A DNA stretch of 64,000 nt, taken from Octopus vulgaris. Taxonomy: Eukaryota. Position 1 is the first letter of the stretch. The number at the start of each line of letters is the position of its first letter. Positions 52,118-64,000 of this stretch are shown here, piece by piece. The stretch lies in NCBI GenBank assembly GCA_951406725.2, contig OX597814.1:97402001-97466000 (forward strand), read 5' to 3'. A program made the position numbers and the translations under genes. Under the pieces are notes generated by a model. It was not told the origin of the DNA, did not search any database, and worked only from the letters and a program-made list of their open reading frames with translations.

Positions 52118-52442
52118 GTGAGGGCGCGTGGCTTAGTGGTTAGGGCATTCGGCTCATGATCGTAAGGTTGTGAGTTCGACTCCCGGCGACGCGTTGTGTC
52201 CTTGAGCAAGACACTTTATTTCACGTTGCTCCAGTCCACTCAGCTGGCAAAAATGAGTTGTACTTGTATTTCAAAGGGTCAGCCTTGTCACTCTCTGTGT
52301 CACGCTGATTATTCCCGAGAACTACGTTAAGGGTACACGTATCTGTGGAATGCTCAGCCATTTGCACGTTAATTTCACGAGCAAGCTGTTTCGTTGATCG
52401 TATCAGCTGGGACCCTCGTCGTCGTAACCGGCGGAGTCTTTA
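52118..52442 (+). mobile_element. Full-length tRNA-derived SINE family D with 10 bp TSD
   Basis: A box tggcttagtgg, B box gagttcgactc; TSD attagcaact at 52108-52117 and 52443-52452. Confidence 0.92.
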
Positions 52443-52504
52443 ATTAGCAACTAATACGAGGAGATTTTTACAGATGCACCTTGTGTAACATTGTAATTAT
52501 TATT

Positions 52505-54912
52505 AAGGCAGTCAGTCAGCAGCATAGTTAACGCGCCGGAAAAAAAATGATTAGCGGCGTGTCGTCCGGCTTAAATGTTTTGAATTCAAATTCCGCCGAG
52601 GCCGACTTTGCCTTTGATAAAATAATGTACCAATCAAGTACTGGGATTGATGTAATCGATTTACCCCCGTCCCTTAGGAACTGCTAGCTTTGTGCCAAAA
52701 TTAGAAAGAATTATTAAGGCAGCGAGCTGGCAAAGCCGTTAGAGCGTCGGATGAAATGTTTAGCGACATTTCTTCCGGCTCTTAACGTTCTGAGTCCAGA
52801 TTACACCAAAGTCAACTTTGTCTTTCATCCTTTCAGGTTTGATAAAATAAGGTACCAGATAAGTTCTGAGATCGATGTAATCGACTAATCTGCACTCACA
52901 AATGCTCGGCCTTATGCCAAATTTTGAGACAATTTATATTTAGGCAGCGAGCTGGCAGAATCGTTGCTGCGTCGGACAAAATGCTTGGCAGCATTTCTTC
53001 CGGCTGTTATACTTTGGCCTTCATCCCGTTGTGGATTGATAAAATAATTACCAGTTGAGTACTGGATTTGATGTAATCGGCTAACACCACATACCCTGAA
53101 ATTTCAAATCTGCATATAATAATAAAAATAATAATTCTTTCTAAACCAGCAACTTATAAGGGAATGGAAAGCCTACTACATTGACTCCGGACTGGTATTT
53201 ATTTTATCGATCCCGAAAAGACGGAAGACAAAGTTGTCCTCTTCTGGATTTGAGCTCAGAACGTAAAGAGCCTGAGAAAACGATTCTGTCAGCTTGCCAC
53301 CTTCAAAATAATTGTTTCAATTTTTGGCACAAAGCCATTAATTAAGAGGAAAGGGTTAGTCGATCAAATTGACCCAGCTAATGACCGCTACTTTATTTTT
53401 ATCGACCCAGAAAGAATGAAAGAAAAGTTGACTTTGGCGAGATTTTAACACAGAATGTAAAGAACCGGAAGAAGCATTTTGTTCGGCGCACTAACGATTC
53501 TGCTAGCTTGCCTACTTCTAAGATAGACACTTTCAGTGGAAAGATAATGACAAGAAATTGTAGCGGCTAATTTAGGAATTGATCTAATATCATCGTTCTA
53601 AGTAAAATCTTTAGAAAAAGGTTAAACCTAAAATACGAAGTTTCAATGAGTTTGGAAGAACAAATATTTGTATCAAGAGTATCGGATTGATACAAACAGT
53701 AAAGTTACTAAAAAAAATAAAGAAAAAACAATGTGTATGTGTGTGTGTGTGTGGGGGGAATATAGCTGTTATTTCTGATATGTTGAGCTTCTTTGTTTCC
53801 GAGAATTTTAGTGTTTCTTTCTTTTTGGTGGCACTTGGATATTTTTTTTTTTGAATGAGTTATTAAATGAGTTATTAAAACAACCTTGACTTAATAAGAC
53901 CAAGAAAGCTGCATTCTTCATTGATGTTTCTAATAATGACATAAAACGAAGAGCAGTAATTTGTCTTCATCGTTAAAGAACTGAAGGAATCAATATTAAA
54001 ATTATATGTGTGAACTGAAGTATTAAAATATTAAGTACAAACCCTTCCCATTATTTAACGATTTTCTTGAAGCATCGTAATTTCTCAGGAGAAATCATTC
54101 CTTTGTAATATCTCGATGGGAGTCCAAAATATAGAACATTGAAAAGCTTGAAGAGCAGTATCCAGAATTATTTATTCAATTTCAAATCTTTTGATAATAA
54201 TAATCATTTCTACTATAGGTACACGGCTAGAAAGCTGTGGTAATGTGGGTAGAGAAGGGTTAGTCGATTACATCAACCCCAGTGATCAAATGGTACTTAC
54301 TCTATCGACACTAAATTCTCCGGCGGAATTTGAACTCAAGTATTAATATTGTCCTTTCACACTTAGTCGGAGTGGGTAAGTCGATTACATCGACCACAGT
54401 ACTCAACTGAAACTTATTTTATCGACCTCCAAAGGATGAAAGACAAAGTCAATCTCGGTGGAATTTGAACTCAAAACGTAAAGAAGGGCGAAATGCCGCC
54501 AAGCATTTTGTCTTGTATGCTAACGATTCTGCCAACTCGCCGCCCTCCAGCGTACTAATGTAGTTTTAATACTATCTACTATCGGTACAAAGCCTGGAAT
54601 TTGGAGTTGGTGGCTTGTCGAATCCCAATATTCAACAGGTATTTATTTTATCGAACCCCGAAAGGATGAAAGACAAAGTCGACTTCGGTGAATTTGAACT
54701 CAGAACGTAAAGATCCGGAAGAAATTCCACTAAGCATTTTGTCCGGCGTGCTAACAATTCTGCCAACTCGTCGCCTTTATGGTTTAAAATTTTAGCACAA
54801 GGCCAGCAATTTTAAAGGAGGAGTAAGTTGCTTGCGTCGAGCCCTAGTGTTCAGCTGATACTTTCATCAAAATAATGAAAGACAAAGTTGACATCGGTGG
54901 AATTTGAACTCT
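52505..54912. mobile_element. Cluster of ~9 SINE family B copies
   Basis: Three plus-strand copies head-to-tail (~52505, 52715, 52942), two minus copies (53135-53515) and four minus copies (54205-54912). Confidence 0.8.
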
Positions 54913-55458
54913 GATGATAACAGTAATAACTACGAATAAAACATTTTGCTGTCTTACCGCAAACTTTAGTAAATTTGGCACCGTTTTCAATAAAGTTAGA
55001 ATTAAATAAATGTCAAATCAATAAGGTTCGTTTGTTTGTTTGTTTGTTAGAATATGAAATAAGGTGAAGAAAAAATTTACAGGTTTATTACTGTTTGACA
55101 CAATACGCCAAGTGAAGACGTCATAATATTTCTTAGGTAACCATTTTTTGAAAATGCTAGTGGATAGGAAGAATCAATACAGTCTCGGACAAAATGCTTT
55201 GTGGTCAGCTTCGTTGTATCCACGGGGCAAATAAATACATAGAGTCCTATACTGCTTATTTATTGACAAAATACTACAACATATTTAGGTCAGAAGTGGG
55301 CCCCTACACTCACGAGGAACCTGGACAATTGCTCAATGTATCCGTACCTTAAGATTTTCCCTAATGTCGATATTATTTTACAGCTTTCCGTGAATAATAA
55401 AATATATACCAGTGAAATAGTGGAGATATTATGATTGACTAGCTCCACCTTCAAAACA

Positions 55459-55602
55459 TGTGGTTAAAAAGCTCGCTATGCAACTACCTGGCTTCGAGTT
55501 CAAGCCAGCTGTGTGGCACACTTTGGTTCAAGTATCTTCTGCTATAGCCCCACACCGACCAATGCCCTGTAAGTTGGTAGACGGAAACTCTCTCTCTCTC
55601 TC

Positions 55603-55643
<41 letters not shown>

Positions 55644-55890
55644 GGGGGGGGTGCATGCATACGTATTTATGTAGGTATGTATTATGTGTCTTTGTGTTCT
55701 GTTTGTCCTCCATTACCACTTGACAACCAGTGTTGGTTTGTTTGCATTCCCGTAAATTAGGGGTTTGGTAGAGACTATAAAATAAGTGTGACACTTAAAA
55801 AGGTTCCTGGGGTCGATTTATTCCTCTGAACTTTCTAAGGTGGTGTCCTAGCATGGCCGCAGTCCAATGAATGAAACAAGTAAAAGAGAA
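55459..55890 (+). mobile_element. SINE family A lacking its first ~15 nt
   Basis: tgtggttaaaaagctcgct...gagttcaagcc...tail ggtgtcctagcatggccgcagtccaatgaatgaaac. Confidence 0.8.
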
Positions 55891-56584
55891 AAATGTGAAA
55901 GGGATTTCCTTAAAGTTCTTTTATATTTCATTAGAAATAATATTACAGAATCGAAATCAAGATATTTAAGATTAATTGCTTCTTTATATATTTAGATACG
56001 ATACTGGCTTGATTAATTGCACTTAGTAAATCATATAATGGTTTCTGGTTTAGGGCATAGCGTTACCAATTTTGAGGGGAGGGAAATTAGTCGATTACAA
56101 CAACCTCAGTACTTAACAGGCACTTTATTTTATCTCGGAAGGATAAAATGCGAAGTTGACTTCTACGAGATTTGAATTCAGACTGTAAAGAGCCGGAAGA
56201 GATACTGCAAAGCATTTTTCTTTTTTTTTGCGACGCTCTAATTATTCTGACAGCTCGCCTCGTTAAAAAGAACTCTTAATACCATCAATCAAATGCTAAA
56301 AGAAATAACATGAGGTTTGGTGCCAAAAAATAAACAGAAGCGCAGACTGCGTCTCTGGAATATTATTTCAGAAAGAGACAATCATTTTGCTTTCAGTTAC
56401 AGAGTCATCTTTGTGAGTTGCAGAAAACTTTACCAAATGCAGAAGGCCAGCCAGCAACCATGAGTGAGGAATAGAATAAAATGTCTTTCTCATTTGGTTA
56501 ATCCTCTCCTCACTATTTCGACAAATATAGCAGAAGCGAAACATGTCCAGAGTTGTCTGTCGTATTTGCCGTGAAAATTAAAAT

Positions 56585-56915
56585 ATTCTTTTCTACTCTA
56601 GGCACAAGGGCCAAAATTTTTAGGGAGAGGAGCCCAGTCGATTAGATAGACCCCCACTACGCAACATGCGGCCTTGGGTAGATGATAGAAATCATTTCTG
56701 TTTTGCATATACCTAGGTGCAGACATAGCTGTGTGGTTAAAAAGCTCGCTATGCAACTAGCTGGCTTCGAGTTCAAGCCAGCTTAATTTATCGACCTCCG
56801 AAAGGATGTAAGGCAAAGTCGACCTCAGCAGAATTTGAACTCAGAATGTAAAGACAGACGAAATACTGCTAAGCATTTCTTCCGGCGTGCTAACGTTTCT
56901 GCCAGCTCGCCGACT
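56585..56915 (-). mobile_element. SINE family B carrying a ~115 bp foreign insert (56666-56783)
   Basis: The family B consensus resumes on both sides of the insert. Confidence 0.78.
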
Positions 56916-57627
56916 TCGAAAATTGAAATAATATTGTTGGTCTAGTTCGTTTTATTCACCAAAATGTTTGTTAAGATATTGTCACAGCGATTTTAATTAA
57001 TTTCCTAGATGTATGACTTTATAATGGCATACGGAAAATGATTTACTGTGGAAAAGGAACTTGTACTCACTGGTAAATTCGAGTCATCATGTATTTAGAT
57101 TTCAAGTACTAATATCTAGAAAATACATTTTAACTAACATACTGCAAGTATATTCTGTGCATGGTTTAAGTTAACATTAATATTTCAAATTTGTAGGAAA
57201 AATGATATAGTATTATGCGCATACTTTTATCATCTGGAAAGTTAGTATATCGGTTATTTTAATATTTTTAGTATAATTCAGTTTTACAAAACTAAGAAAA
57301 AAAAAAAGAATATATGTATATAATGAAAGAAAAGCAGCCATACAGGATGTGACTATAATCATTTGCATCATCAAGCTAACAAACCTAATAATTTGATCCA
57401 AATATCAGTTACTAAAATAGCATTGAGCTAATTTTCTCAATTTCCGAACTAATATTTCTACCATGGAAAATATTATGCCCAATGATAAAACGCCAGTTCG
57501 GAAATACAAAATACAATTATAAAAAAGAAGCAAAAAAAAAAAGAAAAAGATATTTCAGATACAAGTGCAGATTGGTCAAATAGGTAATTTTGACGGGAAA
57601 AAATGTTCCTTTCTATATAGACGTGCA

Positions 57628-57683
<56 letters not shown>

Positions 57684-57729
57684 CATACATACATACATAC
57701 ATACATACATACATACATACATACATACA

Positions 57730-57772
<43 letters not shown>

Positions 57773-57997
57773 ATGTATGTATGTATGTATATTTATATGA
57801 GTGTGTACATACGCACATACATACATACATATATATTTGAGGCTAATTGTCAGTATCGTTTGAGCGTCGGATAAATCACTTTGGAGTAAATCGTTCCGAC
57901 TCCCAAATCTTGCTGCAGTCAACTCTACCTTGCATTCTTACGAAATGAATAAATCAAGAACTAGTTTTGTTCAGGGGTTCGATTATTATCTTTCTCT

Positions 57998-58108
<111 letters not shown>

Positions 58109-58289
58109 GCTATATCTATGTATCTAGCTGTCTCCTATGGAAGAAATTAACTGTGGTTGGTCTTGGAGAGGAACGCGTTCTGCCATGTCTGCAATATATC
58201 CAAGAGACGCCGTATTTCACGACGGTGCCCCTTCGACTCCATCAATGTGTAACGAGCATATGGCTTATATATATATATATATATATATG

Positions 58290-58322
<33 letters not shown>

Positions 58323-58343
58323 GTATATATACACATACATACA

Positions 58344-58428
<85 letters not shown>

Positions 58429-59529
58429 AGAATTTAAAGAGAGAAGAGCAAAGAAGAGAGAGAGGAGGGGAGAAGCCGCTTGTGACAATTACGGATATGG
58501 TTATCAATCTGTTATCAATCTGTTACCCCAGCTTACAATATTTTGCGCTTACAGAAATTGTACACTATTACCACTAATTTCAGGTTACAGTCTGTAATTT
58601 CATCTTTTCGGTGGCTTTAACAATATAAATCACGCTTTTTGATTTGATTTTTACAGGTTTTTCCATATTAGTGAGATCGGTGTAAGATGTTCTTTAGCTC
58701 GAACATCTGTAGACCAATAGTTGAAAGACAAAATGCTGCAAGAGGGAAATCTAGATTTCTGAGAAGGAATAATTTGAATAAGCATTTAGTGCAAGTTTTG
58801 GGGGATAAAGTACAGTAGTAATGGCGAAAGGAGAAATAGGTGTATCGTGTGAGATAAGATGGAGGTGCGGTGTAGCCTGTAAATTTAGAGAACCAGAAAT
58901 GTCAAAAGAAGGAAAATGTATTCACGAGTCTCTATTTGTAATATGTTGACGATTAAGTCATTACTAATCAGCTGGATGACTTTCTATTCCATGTATAATA
59001 GAAAAGGAGACGGGCTGACAACTCAGAATTTACGATAATTATGCACAGTTCAAAAGTGATATAATTTGGCTCGTGGATGACAAAACATCTAATGTTTTAG
59101 GCACTTCTCTTCATCGCAGTGTGATGTTTTCTAATGGTGCCAATCACCACTTTCCTCAGACACTACTTTTTATTTCAAAGCAACTGACAGACTTACTAAA
59201 ACGTTGGACAGATTGCTTGACTAGCAATCGTTTCTTCGCCCTGAGTTCAAATTCTGCCAAGTTCATATTTGCCTTTCATTCTTATTGGGTCGATACATAA
59301 AGTGCCTGTTTCTACTGGGGTCAATTCTTCTCTTCCTTTTCCTTTTACTCATTTTTGTGTCCTGTCTTTCTTTCTGGAAGAATAAACTGTGGTCAAACCT
59401 GAAGAGGAATGAGATGCCCAAGATACACTATATGTCACGATAGCGCCCCTACAACTCCATCAAGGAGTTAAGGCTCCAAGGAAAAACACGACTATTTATT
59501 TTGACTATTTACTTTATTTAATTATACAT

Positions 59530-59915
59530 AATATTTCTAACAAAGAATTGCATACGCTCTCGCATCAGCCTGCAGCCTCCCACCTCACAGCTATTCGCCG
59601 CATGCGCTTGCACGGACATGTCCTCTGCCTCCCGCCAGATCATCCTACGAGGGCCATACTCTCGTTCAACGCAGCAGCTGCGAGATGGAAGAGGTTCCGT
59701 GAAAGGCTCCGCACCAAACGGCTCGACGTAATTAATGGAGATCTCCAGATGTTTGACGTTATCTTGGAGGATGAAGGGGCGCTGGCACGGTTCCGCCAGC
59801 GATGGGGAGCACTGGTGAATCTGGTCGGCTCTAAGCACGCTGACGCCTCTGGAATCACTAACCTGGGATGTCTCTAGCCCCATCAAGCAAGAGCATGAAG
59901 CAAGCAAGCATAGTA
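59530..59915 (+). mobile_element. RTE-clade LINE 3' fragment with (GCAA)n tail
   Basis: IRRMRLHGHVLCLPPDHP...RWKRFRERLRTKRLDVI...RQRWGALV; locally GC-rich; ends gcaagcaagca. Confidence 0.78.
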
Positions 59916-60089
59916 GTGAAGACATGTTATAATATTTATGAGGTTGAGTTACATTTAGAATGTAATTGGATTCTAAACTATAAAATTACATATTTACTGT
60001 TAACAAGAAAAACAATATATTTCATATATAATTTTACCGATTTATAAAAAGTAAATAGATTATTTCATATTTTGAATTTGTTTTGCAAG

Positions 60090-60371
60090 GATTTTTATCT
60101 GAAATACGGTTTCATATCAGCTGTTTTGAAAAAGACAGAAAAATAAGCAACAACTGGTGAGTATGTTTATAGGTTTTATCTGTTATGACTCTCCAAAATA
60201 TAGCAAGATTATTTTATATTTATTTTTTACTGTTTAATATCTCTCTTAACTTAAGCAGGATTTCACCCCAGACTATTGGATTCTTTTTCTTGTTTGACTG
60301 AGATTTTAATAATCAAATACATACTGCCGTCAGCTGTCCATTTCTCTTTCTATTAAATACAATTTTAAAAG
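60090..60371 (+). pseudogene. Two candidate exons (60090-60156, 60259-60371)
   Basis: ttttgcaag|G...CTG|gtgagt and cttaagcag|G...AAG|gtaaat; phases match. Reads FLSEIRFHISCFEKDRKISNNW-ISPQTIGFFFLFD*DFNNQIHTAVSCPFLFLLNTILK. Confidence 0.35.
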
Positions 60372-60634
60372 GTAAATATTTATCATGTTATTGACAAAAG
60401 ATTAAAATAAGTTACGTATTTTACCTTTTATCTTTTACTTGTTTCAGTCATTGGACGGCGACCATACTAGGGTACGACCTTGGAGGGTTTAATCGAACGA
60501 ATCTCCCTCCATTACTTACTTAAAGTTTGGTACTTGTTCTATCGGTCACTTTTTACCGAATCACTATATTATGGGAGTGTAAACAAATAAACACCGGTCG
60601 TCAAGCGGTGGGTGAACAAACACACATATACACA

Positions 60635-60720
<86 letters not shown>

Positions 60721-61752
60721 TGTATTAGACGCATGTGTTTTGACGGTTTCTTTGGGTTTTTTTTTCCTTTCAACAGCAATGTCTCAAAAAATCATCCAGG
60801 TTTAATAAGCGAAGTCAAGCATAACGCATTAAAACCTTTTTTTCATGCGCAGCTGAAATAGGGTAGCATCTAATATTCCAGCGCGCCTTTTAAGCCATCA
60901 AATACAGAATATATATATCCTACCTCTGAATCGTCTCTATAGCATTTTCGTGAGTTTTCTATACAAATAAACTGAATAACTAAAAGCATAGACAAGTCTC
61001 ACATTTCTTGTGATAAAGTCAAACTCACTTTTTGAATATGGATCGTTTATTTTGGCTAATCCTAATGACAAAGTTGTAACGTTGTTATTTTCAGTATATA
61101 CTCATATTGCCAATGGAACCTATTAAGTGATAGTATATACATCCACAAATACCAGACAATCAATTGAATCAATTGCTCTGAAAGTATTGACTGCTGGATA
61201 TACAACCAATGACTTTTTTTGTTTCTTTAGAAACAGAAAAATAAATAGTTCTAAATTAAGCTAACTGTTCTAATAATAGAATCGGTATTGATTTTCTTAT
61301 GTTTCTTTTTGAATTTCCTCCTTCCGTTGAAATGTTCGCATCGTTTAATATATATGTTTTTAATTCTTTATATTTGTAGTTTTCGATAATCGTATTTTTA
61401 GAAACTTTCCGGTAAATTTTAATTTAACAGAAAAACAATAACACCACGTAATCAATCCTTTCCTTTTACCATCCAATCTATATTTCTATACCACATTTCT
61501 AGCTATCAATTTACTTGTTCTTCGCAGGGATTTTTGACGTTTTCTATCAGTCAGTAAACTAGAATACACGAGCCATCAAACAATTTCTTTGGGGACGTAA
61601 CTAATATACAGCGGATATCAATAAAACTCGTATTATTCTTTGCCCGTTTCTTTTAATGATTTTATGAAAAATTGCGCTTTTGTATCGGAAACAATAACTT
61701 ACACATCTTTACTGGATGTGTAAGTAAAAAAAGAGGTGATATACCCAAATCA

Positions 61753-61911
<159 letters not shown>

Positions 61912-63716
61912 TCATGCCACTGCGATCTTCAGGCGAAACACTATATCTACTGCCTTGCATTGAGTAACGTACGTGTGAGTGTGTGTAAGTATGTGTGTGT
62001 ATGTATGTATGTGAGTGAGTGTGCGTGTGTATGTGTGTGTGTAAGTGTGTGCGCGCGCGTGTGTATGTAAATATTCATTGATGCCTTGCTTTATTTGTGA
62101 AATAGAGGGAAATTACACCAAGGGAACGGAGAGACAGAAATAAAGATAAAGTCGTAGAGAGAGAGAGAAAGAGAGGGAGAGAGAGAGTAATATAGAGAAA
62201 AGGGTAAATACCTAGTTCCCTATATTGAGTTTTAGTTCGATATCACCCCTGATTAAGCATATCCATTGGAAAATTAGTTCCAGTGATGACAATCCTGTCT
62301 TTTAAATTGGGACAGTATTATCTGCATTATATAATATAAGGTCATTTCTAATATAAGGTATTCAGGAGTAGGCTGTTTAGAAGAAGATTTAACAGCTACA
62401 TCCAGAAACTCAAGGGAACACGTAGAAGTTCTCTCTCATTAGACAACCTACCGGATTCCGAACTGGCTGGACCCACAAACCATAGTTGACTAACGGGATA
62501 ACATAAGACTCGACACTTAAAACCAATATATATTAACATATATTACATAGTATCAAGTTTAAAAACATACACTCACACAATACTGTATTACATAGAGTTA
62601 TTAAAAATATATAGGGCATTACACAAACGTGAAGAGTAAAGTAAAATAAGACGAACAACAGATCAACCGTCGTCATAACCAATAGTTCCTCGCCACATTT
62701 CAAATCGTCAGACTATGCCGTTTATTCAACAATATTTTAGAAAATAAATTTACATACATGCAAACATACTTGATATACAACCACACACACACACACACAC
62801 ACACATACTCACACATACTCACACATACACTCACACACACACACACACACAAACACATACTCACACATACACTCACACACACACACATACACACTCACGC
62901 ACACACGTTAGGGTCTCACATATACATGGTGAATTAAAAATCTTCATTTAACTACGATTATTCTTGTAGTGTATTGGCAAAGATTTTAGAACATGACATA
63001 AAGTAGTTTGCAGTATTTGTTCTAGATCTTCGTGTCTCTGAGTTCAAATCTAACCCTTGTTGGGATAAAAAAAAGTCCCTTTCCAGGGTGGTGAATGAGC
63101 AGAATTGTCAGAGCATCCGACAGAATGCCTTGCTGCATCAATTCCAGTTCTTGTGTTTTCTGAGTTCAAATTCTGCTGGACAGTACCTACGTCCAGGATC
63201 AAATACCTGACCCCAGGAGCATCCCACGCAACCCACACTTGGCCAACATGGACAAACCATCTTAAAACATATATAAGTGATGAAATTTCATGCAGTGGTG
63301 GTTAGAAAAAAACCCAAAAAAAACTAGAGTTCTCTGAAATCTGAAAACAGTAATAAAGGGTGATAACTGTAATGATATCAGCTAACAACATTTTATGGGG
63401 GGCGGGGAATAGAAAATTTACATAAGATGTGGATGTTGTTTTCAAATCCAATTGATGAAAGCTGCGGATATGTTTCAATCTTGTTAGGTTTTATCTATTC
63501 AATTCAGTTCGATATAACATTCATGAGTGAGAGTGAACGCGCGCTTGTTGAACTGAGATTATTCTAAAGCTAATTTACAACATTAAATTTACTAGTTGAA
63601 TAAGCTTGAAAAAGGGTTAGGAGAAACTTGAGTCTCGTACGTTATAATACATATATATATTGACTTGAATTGAACCGGTTTCAGCTCATGAGCTGTAGCC
63701 ATGCTGGGGCACCACC

Positions 63717-63935
<219 letters not shown>

Positions 63936-64000
63936 ATGTGGTGTCTGTGCTTGTCTCCCTTCATCGCTTGAGAACCGATGTTGGTAACTTAGCGGTTCGG

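Noticed and set aside
52118-52190. tRNA gene (also 19136, 46750-46823, 51165)
   Set aside because: The A/B boxes continue into SINE bodies with tails and TSDs, with no complete cloverleaf or Pol III terminator.
53885-54145. Possible minus-strand exons
   Set aside because: Splice sites are weak, the reading frame is ambiguous and no product was recognised.
52505-54912. CRISPR-like or satellite array
   Set aside because: The units are ~200 bp diverged SINEs in both orientations, with no short identical repeats or unique spacers, in a eukaryotic context.
59397-59430. CTGAAGA box (others at 6263, 6774, 30286, 31144)
   Set aside because: No properly spaced GAAA or flanking helices.
62680-62717. 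Hammerhead-like AUAGU-CUGACGA-UUU-GAAA...ACUAU on the minus strand
   Set aside because: Helix I is possible, but helix II is absent and there is no helix III or UH cleavage site.

Overview
AT-rich eukaryotic DNA that is dense in microsatellites and transposons. The SINE families, repeat landscape and composition suggest an octopod cephalopod (inference). I found no intact host gene, and most ORF-track entries are microsatellite translations. Recognisable content: (1) a near-intact 5'-truncated R4/Dong-type non-LTR retrotransposon in a TAA repeat (22968-25337) plus two decayed relatives; (2) RTE-clade LINE relics, one with a PHD-type finger inside the RT; (3) CR1-group LINE fragments; (4) a mariner relic; (5) Tc1-, hAT- and Merlin-like MITEs, several with clear TSDs; (6) three non-autonomous Helitrons; (7) dozens of tRNA-derived SINEs. 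The most interesting signal is a set of hammerhead-ribozyme motifs in short non-coding repeats flanked by microsatellites (Penelope pLTR/retrozyme-like). Two identical type I hammerheads cap the outer ends of a ~1 kb inverted repeat (15435-16416 / 18085-19081). A G3:C8 compensatory-variant minimal hammerhead lies in the spacer, and further minimal or permuted motifs occur elsewhere. A chain of phase-compatible AG/GT-bounded segments with scattered stops (46.9-49.6 kb, 60.1-60.4 kb) may be a decaying multi-exon gene. All calls were made by eye; no alignments, folding or database searches were run.
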